A stretch of DNA of 64,000 nucleotides from Acidimicrobiia bacterium (GCA_036478235.1 JAZGDZ010000089.1:3105-67104); one strand, 5' to 3'. Shown: positions 17,008 through 28,382, numbered from the stretch's first letter. Notes: generated by a model not told the origin, from the letters alone. A program made the numbers and translations.

Positions 17008-19329
17008 ATGAACTGGCCCCGTCTGCTGCTTCGCCTGCTCGGTCGGCGCCTTCCCCGGACACAGGGGACGCTGCATGTCGGCGGCATCCACGAGCGGCTC
17101 TCGATCGGGCGCGATAGATTCGGAGTGCCCCACATCGAGGCTGCCAACGACACCGACGCCTGGTTCGGTCTCGGGTTCTGCCAGGGTCAGGACAGAGCGT
17201 TCCAGCTGGAGACGCGGCTCAGGCTGGTCCGCGGGACCCTGGCGGCCCTGTTGGGCTCAGACGCACTTGCGCTCGATCGCCTGTCGCGCCGGATCGACTT
17301 CGCCGGAGCCGGTCGCCGCAGCCTGGACATCCTCGAGGACGAGCCGCGTCGCAGGTACGAGGCCTTTGCCACCGGCGTGAGGGCCGGAATGGAAGAAGGC
17401 GGAGGTGCTCGATCCCACGAGTTCGTGCTGCTCCGCTCCCGGCCGACGCCGTTCCAGGCATCGGATGCCATCGGCTTTTTCGCGGTGCAGGCCTTCTCCC
17501 TCGCCTCGAACTGGGACGTCGAGCTGGCCCGTCTGCGGATGCTCGCCCTCGACGGGCCCGAGGCGGTCGCCGCGCTCCATCCGGCATATCCTCCCGATCA
17601 GCCGAGCTCGCTTCGGCCCGGCGAACATGTTGGTGCCGTCGTCGACGCCCTGGCCGATGACCTGGCCCGTGCCCGGAAGCTGTTCACCGCGGGAGGCGGC
17701 TCCAACAACTGGGCGATCGCCGGAGAGCGCACCGCCTCCGGGATGCCCATCCTCGCCAACGACCCGCATCTGGCTCCGATCCTCCCGGCCCACTGGTACC
17801 TGGCCCGGATCGCCACACCCGAGTGGTCGGTCGTCGGCGGCTCCATCCCGGGCACTCCCGCCTTCGCCTTCGGCCACAACGGAACCGCCGCCTGGGGCGT
17901 GACCGCAGGTCTCATCGACAACACCGACCTCTTCGTGGAGGAGGTGGGTCCCGATGGTCGCAGCGTCAAGCGCGGCGACGGCTACGAGGCGTGTGCCGTA
18001 CGGGTCGAGCAGATCGAGGTCAAGGGCGCCAATCCCGTGCGGCTGGAGGTGCTCGAGACGGATCGAGGACCGATCGTGGGACCGGCCTTCGAGGGCCCGT
18101 TCGGAGCGCTCTCGATGTCCGCCACCTGGCTGCAGGCGGGCGACGCCGGGGCGATCCTCGACATATGCCGGATCGAGTCGCTCGACGACCTGCACGAGGC
18201 GTTCCGCGGCTGGACCTCGGTTCCGCTCAACGTCGCGTATGCCGACGAGAAGGGCGCCATCGGCTGGCAGCTGATCGGCTCGGCGCCGGTCCGCGGGTGG
18301 GGCGGCGGAACCATTCCGACCTCGGCATCGGATCCGGCGACGGCATGGGCCGACGATCCCGTGCCGTACGACGAGCTTCCCCGGCTCGCCAACCCCGCCT
18401 CCGGGTTCGTGGTCACGGCGAACAATCTTCCCGCCGGCGACGGCCCGTATCTCGGCAGCGACTTCCTCGACGGCTACCGGGCCGCCCGGATCACCGATAT
18501 CCTGGCCGGCCGCTCCGACTGGGACGTGGCGGCGAGCTTGGATCTGCAGATGGACCGAGTCTCGATCCCCTGGCGCGAGCTGCGCGATGACGTGCTCGGC
18601 GCAGCCGCGACCGCCGGCGATCTCGGTGTCGCCGTCAACCTGCTGCGTGACTGGGATGGCGAGGTCGGGCCCGACTCGCCGGCGGCTGCGCTCTTCGAGC
18701 TGTTCGTCGCCGAGCTGTGCCGCTCCGTGGCCGAGGAACGCGCTCCCAACTCGTCCCGGTTCGCTCTCGGCGAGGGCTTCACCCCGCTGGTTCCCTTCAA
18801 CGCGCTGCTGGTGCGGCGGGTGTCCCACCTCGTGCGCTTGCTTCGGGAGCGGCCCGTCGGCTGGTTCGACGAGGGGTGGGACGAGGCGATCAACTCGGCT
18901 CTGCGCGGCGCACAAGCCATGCTGAAGGACCGGTTCGGCGCCGATCCGCGCCGCTGGGCGTGGGGTGAAGTCCGTCCGCTCACCCTGGTCCACCCCATGG
19001 GGCTCCGCAAGCCGCTCGACCGCGTTTGGAACATCGGGCCGATCCCTCACGGCGGGGATGCCAACACGGTCAACCCGGGGCCGGTGGATCCCTCCGACCC
19101 GCTGAGCAACCCCGACTTCGCCATCGCCTCGGGAAGGCTGGTCGTCGAGACCGGGTCCTGGGACCTGGCCAGGTTCTGTCTGGCGGGAGGCCAGTCCGGC
19201 AATCCCTTTTCGAAGAACTACGCCGACCAGGTTCCGCTGTGGGTCGCCGGGGATGCAATCGTGATCCCGTTCAGTCCAGCCGCCGCTCGCCGAACCGTAA
19301 GACGACGCCTCACCTTGGAGCCGGTTTGA
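17008..19329 (+). CDS. Penicillin acylase family protein (Ntn hydrolase; penicillin amidase / AHL-acylase-like)
   Basis: Motifs GVPHIEAANDTDAWFGLGFCQGQDRAFQLE and the nucleophile region GGSNNWAIAG. 773 aa, typical of a single-chain precursor. Confidence 0.75.
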   Translation: MNWPRLLLRLLGRRLPRTQGTLHVGGIHERLSIGRDRFGVPHIEAANDTDAWFGLGFCQGQDRAFQLETRLRLVRGTLAALLGSDALALDRLSRRIDFAGAGRRSLDILEDEPRRRYEAFATGVRAGMEEGGGARSHEFVLLRSRPTPFQASDAIGFFAVQAFSLASNWDVELARLRMLALDGPEAVAALHPAYPPDQPSSLRPGEHVGAVVDALADDLARARKLFTAGGGSNNWAIAGERTASGMPILANDPHLAPILPAHWYLARIATPEWSVVGGSIPGTPAFAFGHNGTAAWGVTAGLIDNTDLFVEEVGPDGRSVKRGDGYEACAVRVEQIEVKGANPVRLEVLETDRGPIVGPAFEGPFGALSMSATWLQAGDAGAILDICRIESLDDLHEAFRGWTSVPLNVAYADEKGAIGWQLIGSAPVRGWGGGTIPTSASDPATAWADDPVPYDELPRLANPASGFVVTANNLPAGDGPYLGSDFLDGYRAARITDILAGRSDWDVAASLDLQMDRVSIPWRELRDDVLGAAATAGDLGVAVNLLRDWDGEVGPDSPAAALFELFVAELCRSVAEERAPNSSRFALGEGFTPLVPFNALLVRRVSHLVRLLRERPVGWFDEGWDEAINSALRGAQAMLKDRFGADPRRWAWGEVRPLTLVHPMGLRKPLDRVWNIGPIPHGGDANTVNPGPVDPSDPLSNPDFAIASGRLVVETGSWDLARFCLAGGQSGNPFSKNYADQVPLWVAGDAIVIPFSPAAARRTVRRRLTLEPV

Positions 19330-19381
19330 CCCGCGGCAAGCAACGAAGGTCACCTTCATACAGGGGTATGCTCTAGCGCCT

Positions 19382-20497
19382 ATGTCTCGTATCTTCCTCC
19401 TCTTCGGTGCATTCGCGCTCGTCGCTTCGGCCTGCAGCGGAGACACCGCCACCACCACTACTACGTCGTCTTCCACCACTACCACTTCGACTCCCCCGAC
19501 CACGACCCCGTCGACGACGACCACCTCGACGATGCCCGCCAGTACGACCACCACGATTTACGTCGAGGGGACGACGGTCACGACGAACCCGCCGGGGTTC
19601 TCGTCGCCGGTCAACGGGCTTCCCGCTGAGGAGGAGATCAAGCTCGACCGTCGGGCGATCGGTGTCAAGATCGACAACCGTCCCGAGGGCCGACCGCAGT
19701 CGGGGGTGATGGACGCAGACTCCGTCATCGAGCTGCGCGTGGAAGGCGGTTATACGCGCTTCCTCGCCATCTTCCACGACAACGACAGCGAATACCTCGG
19801 GCCCGTTCGCTCGGTCCGACCCACCGACTCGACGGTCCTGGCCGCGATCGGGGCGCCCCTGGCGATGTCGGGAGGCCAGCCGTGGGTGCAGGCCGTGCAC
19901 ACGAGCCGGGGTGTCGGCTTGATCGGACCCGGAGCGGCCAACCTGTTCAGGATCTCTTCCAGGGTTGCTCCGTTCAATCTCTACGGGAACACCGCCGACA
20001 TGCGAGCCGGTGCCGATTCCCTTGAGTTCGACAACGATCCCCCGACGTCGCTCTATCCGATCGTCGAGTGGGAGTTTCCAGAGGCAATAGCTCACCAGAT
20101 CGTGCTCGATTGGTCCGACACGGTGACCGTCACCTGGGACTGGGACGGTGAGGTGTATCGCCGCACCCACAACGGCGAGGACCACGTGGTAGTCGACCAG
20201 AAAGGCAACCTGGAACGGATCACGGCCGAGGTGCTGGTCGTCCTCGGTGCCGAGTTCTACACCCAGTTCCCACCGCCATCGGATTCGGACTGGCAGGCGG
20301 TGCCGGCGCTCGACACCGCAGGCTCCGGTCGGGCGTGGGTCTTTGCCCGGGGCCGAATCTGGCAGGGAACCTGGCAGCGCGCCCAGTACGCGGACGAGTT
20401 CAAGCTGCTGAATTCCGATGGCACCCAAACCGGAGTACCCGCCGGCTTCTCCTGGGTCTCGATCTTCCCCGACCACCGTTCCGTCGACTGGTCTTGA
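19382..20497 (+). CDS. DUF3048-domain lipoprotein with a Thr/Ser-rich linker
   Basis: Begins MSRIFLLFGAFALVASAC with a lipobox. Poly-T/S linker. Conserved DUF3048-like core (AIGVKIDNRPE...). Confidence 0.6.
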   Translation: MSRIFLLFGAFALVASACSGDTATTTTTSSSTTTTSTPPTTTPSTTTTSTMPASTTTTIYVEGTTVTTNPPGFSSPVNGLPAEEEIKLDRRAIGVKIDNRPEGRPQSGVMDADSVIELRVEGGYTRFLAIFHDNDSEYLGPVRSVRPTDSTVLAAIGAPLAMSGGQPWVQAVHTSRGVGLIGPGAANLFRISSRVAPFNLYGNTADMRAGADSLEFDNDPPTSLYPIVEWEFPEAIAHQIVLDWSDTVTVTWDWDGEVYRRTHNGEDHVVVDQKGNLERITAEVLVVLGAEFYTQFPPPSDSDWQAVPALDTAGSGRAWVFARGRIWQGTWQRAQYADEFKLLNSDGTQTGVPAGFSWVSIFPDHRSVDWS

Positions 20498-21897
20498 GTG
20501 AAGCGGACTCGATAGCCCGGGAGGTACGAACCGGGGCAAGGTCCGCGAGCGAAGTCGTCGCCGAGGCCCTGGAGCGGACCGAGGCCGCTGCCCACCTCAA
20601 CCTTTTCACGCGCCTCGACCCCGAAGCCGCACTCGACAGGGCGGCCACGATCGACAGCTCCGTCGCCGCCGGAGCCGACCCTGGGCCCCTAGCTGGGGTG
20701 CCGATCGCCCTCAAGGACATCATCGACCAGACCGGGGTGCCGACCACGGTGGGATCGTCGTTTCTGCGCACCCCTGCTTCGTCCGATGCCCCCGTCGTGA
20801 CCCGCCTGGAGGCGGCCGGGGCGGTGATCATCGGACGCACCGGGCTCCACGAGTTCGCCTACGGGTTCTCCTCCGAGAACGATTGGTGGGGCCCGGTGCG
20901 CAACCCGTGGGACCCGGCGGCGTCGCCGGGCGGCTCATCCGGTGGTTCGGCTGCGGCGGTGGCGGCCGGCGTGACTCCCATCGGCATCGGCACCGACACG
21001 GGCGGATCGGTACGGGTTCCCGCCGCCCTGTGCGGCCTCGTGGGGCTCAAGGTGACCCACGGACGGATCCCGCTGACGGGCGTCTTCCCACTGGCGGCGT
21101 CGCTCGACACGGTGGGTCCGATCACACGATCCGTCGGCGATGCCGCCCTCGCCTACTCGACCCTCGCCGGCCACGACCCGGCCGATCGCTGGTCGATCGA
21201 TCGCCCCGTCGCAGGCCCGGCATCGGTGTCGCTCGGATCGCTCTCGGTGGGAATCCCCCACCCCTGGGTCGATCGGCCGCTGGCACCCGAACAGCGCATC
21301 GGCTTCTCCTGGTTCATCGAAGCCCTCGGGGAGGCCGGAGCCGCCCTCGAGCACTTCGACGAACCACGCATCGACGAATCCGACCTCCCTGCCGGCGCGT
21401 ATGCCGAAGTGGCCGACGTCCACCGCAGCTGGTTCACCGAGGATCGGGAACGCTACGGACCGACGATTCGAGACCGCCTCGCCACGCTGTTCGATCTCGA
21501 GCCGGCCGAGATCGAAGCGGCGGTGCGGTGGCGAGCCGGGCTGCGGGGTGCATTCGAGGACGGCTTCGAGCGGTTCGATTTACTCGTCACCCCGGCTACG
21601 GCCGCCCGATCCAAGGAGATCGGGGTCGACCTCGTCGACGTCGGAGCCGGGCCCGAGCCGTACCGGCCGGTCCTATCGTGGTTCACGCCCCTCGTCAACC
21701 AGGCCGGCCTGCCCGCCCTCGTCCTCCCGGTCGAGGTCCCCGAGATCGAGGGCCTTCCACCGTCGGTCCAGCTCATCGGGCCCCACTGGGAGGAGGCGCG
21801 GCTGCTGGCCGTGGGTCGGGCTCTCGAGGCACTCGGCACCGTCTCCTCGCGGACCCCGAATCGGCAGCTGTGGAACATACGACATCTGCGCCGGTAG
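20494..21897 (+). CDS. Amidase (amidase-signature family, GatA-like)
   Basis: AS-signature GGSSGGSAAAVAAG and a Ser-cisSer-Lys context. The start is uncertain: TTG at 20494 overlaps the upstream stop, and the 20335 start is rejected. Confidence 0.75.
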   Translation: MSEADSIAREVRTGARSASEVVAEALERTEAAAHLNLFTRLDPEAALDRAATIDSSVAAGADPGPLAGVPIALKDIIDQTGVPTTVGSSFLRTPASSDAPVVTRLEAAGAVIIGRTGLHEFAYGFSSENDWWGPVRNPWDPAASPGGSSGGSAAAVAAGVTPIGIGTDTGGSVRVPAALCGLVGLKVTHGRIPLTGVFPLAASLDTVGPITRSVGDAALAYSTLAGHDPADRWSIDRPVAGPASVSLGSLSVGIPHPWVDRPLAPEQRIGFSWFIEALGEAGAALEHFDEPRIDESDLPAGAYAEVADVHRSWFTEDRERYGPTIRDRLATLFDLEPAEIEAAVRWRAGLRGAFEDGFERFDLLVTPATAARSKEIGVDLVDVGAGPEPYRPVLSWFTPLVNQAGLPALVLPVEVPEIEGLPPSVQLIGPHWEEARLLAVGRALEALGTVSSRTPNRQLWNIRHLRR

Positions 21898-21904
21898 GCA
21901 TACA

Positions 21905-21918
21905 ATGAGACGCGTCTC
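21905..21918. promoter_or_regulatory. Perfect 14-bp palindrome TGAGACGCGTCTCA, ~100 nt upstream of korA; candidate operator
   Basis: Exact dyad symmetry read directly. Located between the amidase stop and the korA start. Confidence 0.35.
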
Positions 21919-22019
21919 AAACCCGGAGGACGACACGACAGACGCGATGCCCGGATCCACGGCCCGGTCACCGTCCACCCGCGTTCCCCATCCCCACTTA
22001 CTCAAGGAGTGATCGGACC

Positions 22020-23887
22020 GTGTCCGAAACCTCGACCATCGACTCGTTCCACGTCGAAGCCCAGAAGGTCTCGGCGGTCGTCATCCGCTTCGCCGGAGAC
22101 TCCGGCGACGGCATGCAGTTGGCCGGAACCCGGTTCACCGAGGCGTCGGCGATCTTCGGGAACGACCTGGCGACCTTCCCGAACTTCCCGTCGGAGATTC
22201 GCGCCCCCGCCGGCACCTTGCCGGGAGTCTCGTCGTTCCAGGTGCAGATCGCCGACCGCGACATCCTCACCGCAGGTGATCATCCCGACGTCCTGATGGC
22301 CATGAACCCGGCGGCCCTGAAAGCCAACCTCGGCGACCTCGCCCCCGCCGGGACGATCATCGTGAACAGCGACGTCTTCGAGGAACGCAACCTCCACAAG
22401 GCCGGCTACGAGACGAATCCCCTCACCGACGGGTCGCTGGACACCTACCGGGTCCTCGAGGTGCCGATGGACGAGCTGACGAAGGAGGCCGTCAAGGACT
22501 CCGGGCTCAAGGGACGCGGCGTCCTCCGATCCAGGAACTTCTTCGCGCTGGGCCTGATGGCCTGGATGTTCGATCGCCCCCACCAGCCGACACTTGATTG
22601 GATCGACCGAAAGTTCGGCACGGACGAGGCCGTCCGCTCGGGGAACGAGCTGGCCTTCAAGGCAGGATTCAACCTCGGCGAGACGACGGAGATGTTCCGG
22701 CACACGTACGAGGTGAAGCCGGCCGCACTGCCGCCGGGAACGTACACCAACGTCACGGGGAACCAATCGCTCGCCTGGGGCTTGATCGCGGCCGCCCAGG
22801 CCGCCCGGCTCCCCCTCTTCTACGCCTCATACCCCATCACGCCAGCGTCCGACGTGCTGCACCAGCTCGCCAAGCACCGCAACTTCGGCGTGAGGACCTT
22901 CCAGGCGGAAGACGAGATCGCCGCCGTCGGAGCTGCCGTCGGGGCGTCGTTCGCCGGTCATCTCGGCGTCACCGGCACCAGCGGCCCCGGGTTGGCGCTC
23001 AAGAGTGAGACGATCAGCCTGGCGCTGACGACCGAGCTTCCCCTGCTCATCATCGACGTGCAGCGGGGCGGCCCTTCCACCGGGCTCCCCACGAAGACGG
23101 AGCAGTCCGATCTTTTGATGGTGATGTACGGGAGGCACGGTGAGTCGCCACTGCCGGTCGTCGCCATCTCCTCGCCGTCGGACGCGTTCGAGACCACGAT
23201 CGAGGCAGCCCGGATAGCCCTCAAGTACATGACCCCCGTGATCCTGCTGTCCGATGGGTACATCGCAACGAGCGCCGAGCCGTGGCTGCTCCCCGATGTA
23301 TCGCAAATGCCCGACATCTCGGTGCCGTTCGCGACCGAGGCCAACGGTGAAGACGGCGGCTTCCTGCCGTACCTGCGCGACTCCGAGACGCTGGCCCGCC
23401 CCTGGGCGGTCCCGGGGACGCCCGGCCTGGAGCATCGGCTCGGCGGGCTGGAGAAGGAGGATGTCACCGGCAACGTCTCCTACAACCCGCAGAACCACGA
23501 AAAGATGACCCTCCTGCGGGAGCAGAAGATCTCCGGCATCGCCGATGACATCCCCCCGATCGTCATCGACCAGGACGAGGACGCCGAAGTGCTCGTGCTC
23601 GGATGGGGCTCGTCGTACGCGGCCATCCTGGCCGGGGTGCGTCGGGTGCGCGCCGCCGGACGCAAGGTGGCCCGGGTCCACCTGCGCTACCTCAACCCAT
23701 TCGCCAAGAACCTGGGGGAGATCCTGGAGCGCTACCCGAAGGTGCTCATTCCGGAGCTCAACCGCGGCCAACTGTGGCGGCTGGTGCGCGGCGAGTTCCT
23801 CACCGACGCGATCTCATACCCGAAGGTGCAGGGGCAGCCGTTCAAGGCAGTGGAGATCGAAACCAAGCTCCTGGAGATGCTCGAGTC

Positions 23888-23891
<4 letters not shown>
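22020..23891 (+). CDS. korA: 2-oxoglutarate (2-oxoacid):ferredoxin oxidoreductase, alpha subunit
   Basis: N-terminus SAVVIRFAGDSGDGMQLAG with the typical KorA/OorA domain order. 623 aa. Confidence 0.85.
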
Positions 23892-24904
<1,013 letters not shown>

Positions 24905-24910
24905 CGGTCA

Positions 24911-25045
24911 GACATCAGACATCAGACATCAGACATCGGACATCGGACATCGGACATCGGACATCGGACATCGGACATCGAAGAGGGTCCCATTCTGAGA
25001 TCTGAAATCTGAGATCTCTCATCTGAAATCTGAGATCTGAGCTAG
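24911..25045. repeat. Composite heptamer-repeat element: (GACATCR)x9 - spacer - (TCTGARA)x~8
   Basis: gacatca x3 + gacatcg x6 (24911-24973), then aagagggtcccat, then tctgaga tctgaaa tctgaga tctctca tctgaaa tctgaga tctgagc. Lies between convergent korB and the Mo-enzyme gamma subunit gene. Confidence 0.85.
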
Positions 25046-25053
25046 GCAAATCT

Positions 25054-26064
25054 CTACCGCCTGGCGACCTCTCTGAGGATGATCCACACGACCCCGGTCG
25101 CTGCGGCGAGGAGCAAGAGCACGGCGAGAGCGACCGCGACGAGGAGTGCCGTCCCCCAGAACCCACCGTCGACGCCGGGGCGGGGTACGGGCAGCGACGC
25201 AGCGGCCTCGTCGGTGATGTCCAACTCGATGAACTGGGCGATCGACTTCTGACCGTTGCGGTCACCCTCCGCCCCATCCCACACGGCGAATGCGACCAGC
25301 GTCGTCTGGTCGACTGCAAAGGAGGGGCCGTCTGCCGTCGTCTCGAAGTCACGAGCGAAGAGCGCCCGCCACTTGCCGTCGCGCCAGTGGCCGACCCCGG
25401 CCACGTCCTGGGCGGAGGCCGGCGTCAACGTTCCGAAGCCCTCGGCGACGAGGCTCTCGACCGGGCTGGGGTGGTCCGAGGAAGCGAGTGGATTCCCCAC
25501 GTTCTGCGCCGGGTTGAAGATGGCCTCATCGGCTCCTGGATAGGTGTCGACCGCAGTGTTGGGATAAGGGCTGGAGGCAAAGCCATCGTCGATGTCCTTC
25601 TGCCACACCGCCTTCCACTGCCAGATGCTGACGGGCAGGTCGGTGGACCCCATCGTGTACGGGGGATTGGACCCCTCCACCGATGGAAACTGGACGGCAG
25701 CGGCGTCGGCGAAGAGCGTGGAGCCGTTCACGGCGTCGTCCACCTCGTCGTCGGCCCATTCCAGGAGCAGGAAGAGCCGGAAATCAGCATGGAGCGCCCG
25801 CACCGTCAGGGAACCCACGGCGCCGCCCCCGAATGGCGGCACCAGCTCCTGGGCGCTGAGCGAGACCTGCCTGGAGTTGGCCCCGTCCCACACCGCGGAC
25901 CAGGGATCGTCCTCGAGGACCGGCGCCGATGCGGGTGTCGCCTCGAGCCGCGGTGCCTGCGACTTGACCGGGATCAGGCCGAATACCCCGCCGACGAGTG
26001 CCAGCGCGACCACCGCGACCACTGTGATGCTCGACCGGCGCGGGCTCCTAAAGGATTTCAGCAT
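25054..26064 (-). CDS. Heme-b gamma subunit of a type II DMSO-reductase-family enzyme (EbdC/DdhC-like domain) with a C-terminal transmembrane anchor
   Basis: N-terminal signal/anchor, then a conserved EB_dh-like core (HADFRLFLLLEWADDEVDD...AVQFP...IWQWKAVW...GHWRDGKWRALFAR). C-terminal hydrophobic helix FWGTALLVAVALAVLLLLAAATGVVWIIL followed by REVARR. Confidence 0.65.
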   Translation of the reverse strand: MLKSFRSPRRSSITVVAVVALALVGGVFGLIPVKSQAPRLEATPASAPVLEDDPWSAVWDGANSRQVSLSAQELVPPFGGGAVGSLTVRALHADFRLFLLLEWADDEVDDAVNGSTLFADAAAVQFPSVEGSNPPYTMGSTDLPVSIWQWKAVWQKDIDDGFASSPYPNTAVDTYPGADEAIFNPAQNVGNPLASSDHPSPVESLVAEGFGTLTPASAQDVAGVGHWRDGKWRALFARDFETTADGPSFAVDQTTLVAFAVWDGAEGDRNGQKSIAQFIELDITDEAAASLPVPRPGVDGGFWGTALLVAVALAVLLLLAAATGVVWIILREVARR

Positions 26065-26806
26065 GCCGTGGCTCCGGGTCCGGCGCTAAGAAGGGAGGAC
26101 ACTCGTCGAGGGGACAGCCGTCCGCTTCCGTCGGCTCCGGCGGCGCCGGCTCGTCCCGATAGCGGTCGACCCTGCCGATACGGAGAAAGCGTTCCTCCCA
26201 CCCGATGAACTCTGCGAGGAGACGACCCGCCGCGGTGTGCCAGTCGCGACCACCCGCCAAGACGACCCTCCCCGCGATCAACGGGGCCCAGCGGGCCAGA
26301 TGCTCCCGCAGAAACGTGCGGTGGGCCGCCCGGGTCGTGTCGAGCCCGGAGCGGTCACCCTCCTCGCGGGCGCGGGCTTCCTTGAGTGCAAGGAGATAGG
26401 CGAATTCCAGCTCGACGGCGAGATGATCCGGCCTGTCGCCATCGGGCCGGACGCCAAACGCCCGGTAGAAGCCGGAGACATCGGCCTGGTGCTGGGTCTG
26501 CTGGAACACGTGGCTGGCACTGAATGCCGTCTCGTAGGGCGGGCAGTCCTCGGAGTAGCTCAGGGTGAACACCGTCTGGTGGGACCGCTCGAGGTCGCGT
26601 GCCCCGGTCCCGGCGAGGGCGCGCTCCAGCGCCTTCACCCCGGCAGCGATCTCGTCTGAGACGAGGGTGGCCCCGACGCGAGCCACCTCCAGGGCGCCTT
26701 CGAGTTGAGCGTGGACATCCTTCGTCGGATAGGAGAATGCGAGCGAGAGCAGCCGGTACATCGAGGCCCGGGCCAGCGCCCTCTCCTCGGCTGTGGCGCG
26801 TTTCAT
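26048..26806 (-). CDS. TorD/NarJ/EbdD-family molybdoenzyme maturation chaperone (delta subunit)
   Basis: Family signature RPDHLAVELEFAYLLAL. ATG at 26806 with GGAGG 9 nt downstream of the beta subunit stop. The long Arg/Gly-rich upstream extension is rejected. Confidence 0.65.
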   Translation of the reverse strand: MKRATAEERALARASMYRLLSLAFSYPTKDVHAQLEGALEVARVGATLVSDEIAAGVKALERALAGTGARDLERSHQTVFTLSYSEDCPPYETAFSASHVFQQTQHQADVSGFYRAFGVRPDGDRPDHLAVELEFAYLLALKEARAREEGDRSGLDTTRAAHRTFLREHLARWAPLIAGRVVLAGGRDWHTAAGRLLAEFIGWEERFLRIGRVDRYRDEPAPPEPTEADGCPLDECPPFLAPDPEPRHAEIL

Positions 26807-26814
26807 GATCCTCC

Positions 26815-28053
26815 CTAGATCGAGTTCAAATACTGGTCCGGCCGCTCGAAGTGGGCCTCGACCACCGAGGTCCGCACGATCTCCTCGCCGTCTCTCCCGT
26901 AACCAACCACGGTGTCGTTGAAGACCTCCAACGGCCGACCGTTGACGTTGACCTCCGACACCTTCTCGCCCTCGATCACCTCGAACTTGAAGATGATCTT
27001 CTGCGACACCCGGAAGAGCTGGAGGACCGCCTGGGTACGCCTTGTCGGGCGCTCGTAGACGTCGATGGCCCTTCCCACACCGGGCCCGAACATCTGTCGC
27101 AGATAGGGCCGGGGCACCCATCGCGGGGGGATGTAATAGATGTTGGGTTGGGTGCCGAACTGGGGATAGAGCGGCAGAGCCACCTGTGCCTCGCGGATCA
27201 GGTGATAGAGCGGGTTGTCCGGGTCCTCTATCCAGCTCCCCGTCTCGGTCACCGGCACCAGACCCTGCAGACGAATCTGACCGGGGCACACCGCCATGCA
27301 CCGCGCCTCCATCGGCAGTCCATCTGTCAGCGGGTCGGACCCCTCGATACGGGGAAAGCACCCGATGCACTTTTCCGAGGTGCGTGTGTTGGGCCGGTAC
27401 AGCGATTTCTTATAGGGACACTGTTCGACGCACTTGCGATAACCCCGGCAGCGGCGTTGGTCGATGAGGACGATCCCGTCCTCCTCCCGCTTGTAGATGG
27501 CGTCGCGAGGGCAGGCGGCGAGGCAGGCCGGATATGCACAGTGGTTGCAAAGCCGCTGCAGATAGAAGAACCACGTGTGGTGCTCCGGCAGCACAGCCCC
27601 CTCGGACAGGGGCCGGGTGGCACGCGGCGAGTCCTCAAACAGGTTCGGGGCCGACCACTCCTCATCCTCCGGGATGTACCCGACCGCCTGCTGGCGGCCC
27701 TGCTCGGCGGCCTCGAAGATCGTCGCGCCTTCATAGACACCGTATGGGGCATCGGGGCTGGAGCCGCCCTCCTCCCAGGTCTGACCTCCTGGGTTGGCTC
27801 GCTCGATGAGATCCAGCGTCTTCAGATCCCAGTGATGGGGATAGCCGCCGTACGGCTTGGTCTCCACGTTGTTCCACCACATGTCCTCCTGCCCCTCGGA
27901 GAACGTCCAGGTCGACTTACACGCCATCGTGCAGGTCTGGCAGGCGATGCAGCGGTTGATGTTGAACACGGCGGCGAACTGCCACTGGCCCGCCCCCGGG
28001 TCCAGCCGGTACGTCATCTCCCGCCCCAGCTGCCAGTTGTACACGCTGGCCAT
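26815..28053 (-). CDS. Four-cluster iron-sulfur beta subunit (NarH/EbdB/DdhB-like) of a type II DMSO-reductase-family enzyme
   Basis: Motifs [42 protein letters not shown] and [15 protein letters not shown] are the characteristic Cys groups. Confidence 0.85.
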   Translation of the reverse strand: MASVYNWQLGREMTYRLDPGAGQWQFAAVFNINRCIACQTCTMACKSTWTFSEGQEDMWWNNVETKPYGGYPHHWDLKTLDLIERANPGGQTWEEGGSSPDAPYGVYEGATIFEAAEQGRQQAVGYIPEDEEWSAPNLFEDSPRATRPLSEGAVLPEHHTWFFYLQRLCNHCAYPACLAACPRDAIYKREEDGIVLIDQRRCRGYRKCVEQCPYKKSLYRPNTRTSEKCIGCFPRIEGSDPLTDGLPMEARCMAVCPGQIRLQGLVPVTETGSWIEDPDNPLYHLIREAQVALPLYPQFGTQPNIYYIPPRWVPRPYLRQMFGPGVGRAIDVYERPTRRTQAVLQLFRVSQKIIFKFEVIEGEKVSEVNVNGRPLEVFNDTVVGYGRDGEEIVRTSVVEAHFERPDQYLNSI

Positions 28054-28382
28054 CAGTCAGCCTCCCTGTTCGCACCGTCGGGGATCGACTGTCCGAAGAC
28101 CTCGTCGATCAGCGCCTTCACCCCGTCCTCGCCGAGCGCCTGCATGACCGCCGCCGCTCCGGCGTACCGCCGAACGGTGAACATCCGGGCCACCCGCTCC
28201 CGCGACCAACCCAACATCGCGAACTCCTCTACGAACGTGCGCCCCATGGCCTTCACCCCGTCGTGACCGGGCGTCGCCAGCGAAACTGCGGTGGCGATGA
28301 AGGGGTCGGTGGGCTCCGCCTGCTTCGTCCTCCCCGAGCGCGACACCAACTCGATCGGCACGAATCCGTGATCCGGGCTCAT
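28053..28382 (-). CDS. Small hypothetical protein (109 aa, no Cys) encoded between the alpha and beta subunit genes
   Basis: My translation: MSPDHGFVPIELVSRSGRTKQAEPTDPFIATAVSLATPGHDGVKAMGRTFVEEFAMLGWSRERVARMFTVRRYAGAAAVMQALGEDGVKALIDEVFGQSIPDGANREAD. Its ATG overlaps the alpha subunit stop (ATGA) and its TGA overlaps the beta subunit ATG (TGATG). Confidence 0.45.
   Translation of the reverse strand: MSPDHGFVPIELVSRSGRTKQAEPTDPFIATAVSLATPGHDGVKAMGRTFVEEFAMLGWSRERVARMFTVRRYAGAAAVMQALGEDGVKALIDEVFGQSIPDGANREAD

Noticed and set aside
17257-19554. 765-aa minus-strand ORF antisense to the penicillin-acylase gene
   Set aside because: Overlaps a strongly supported 773-aa hydrolase on the other strand. 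Gly/Arg/Val-rich composition with no recognisable domain.
20335-20493. Upstream ATG start for the amidase
   Set aside because: It would overlap the DUF3048 lipoprotein by 160 nt in another frame. The extension (LAGNLAARPVRGRVQ...) has no similarity to amidase N-termini.
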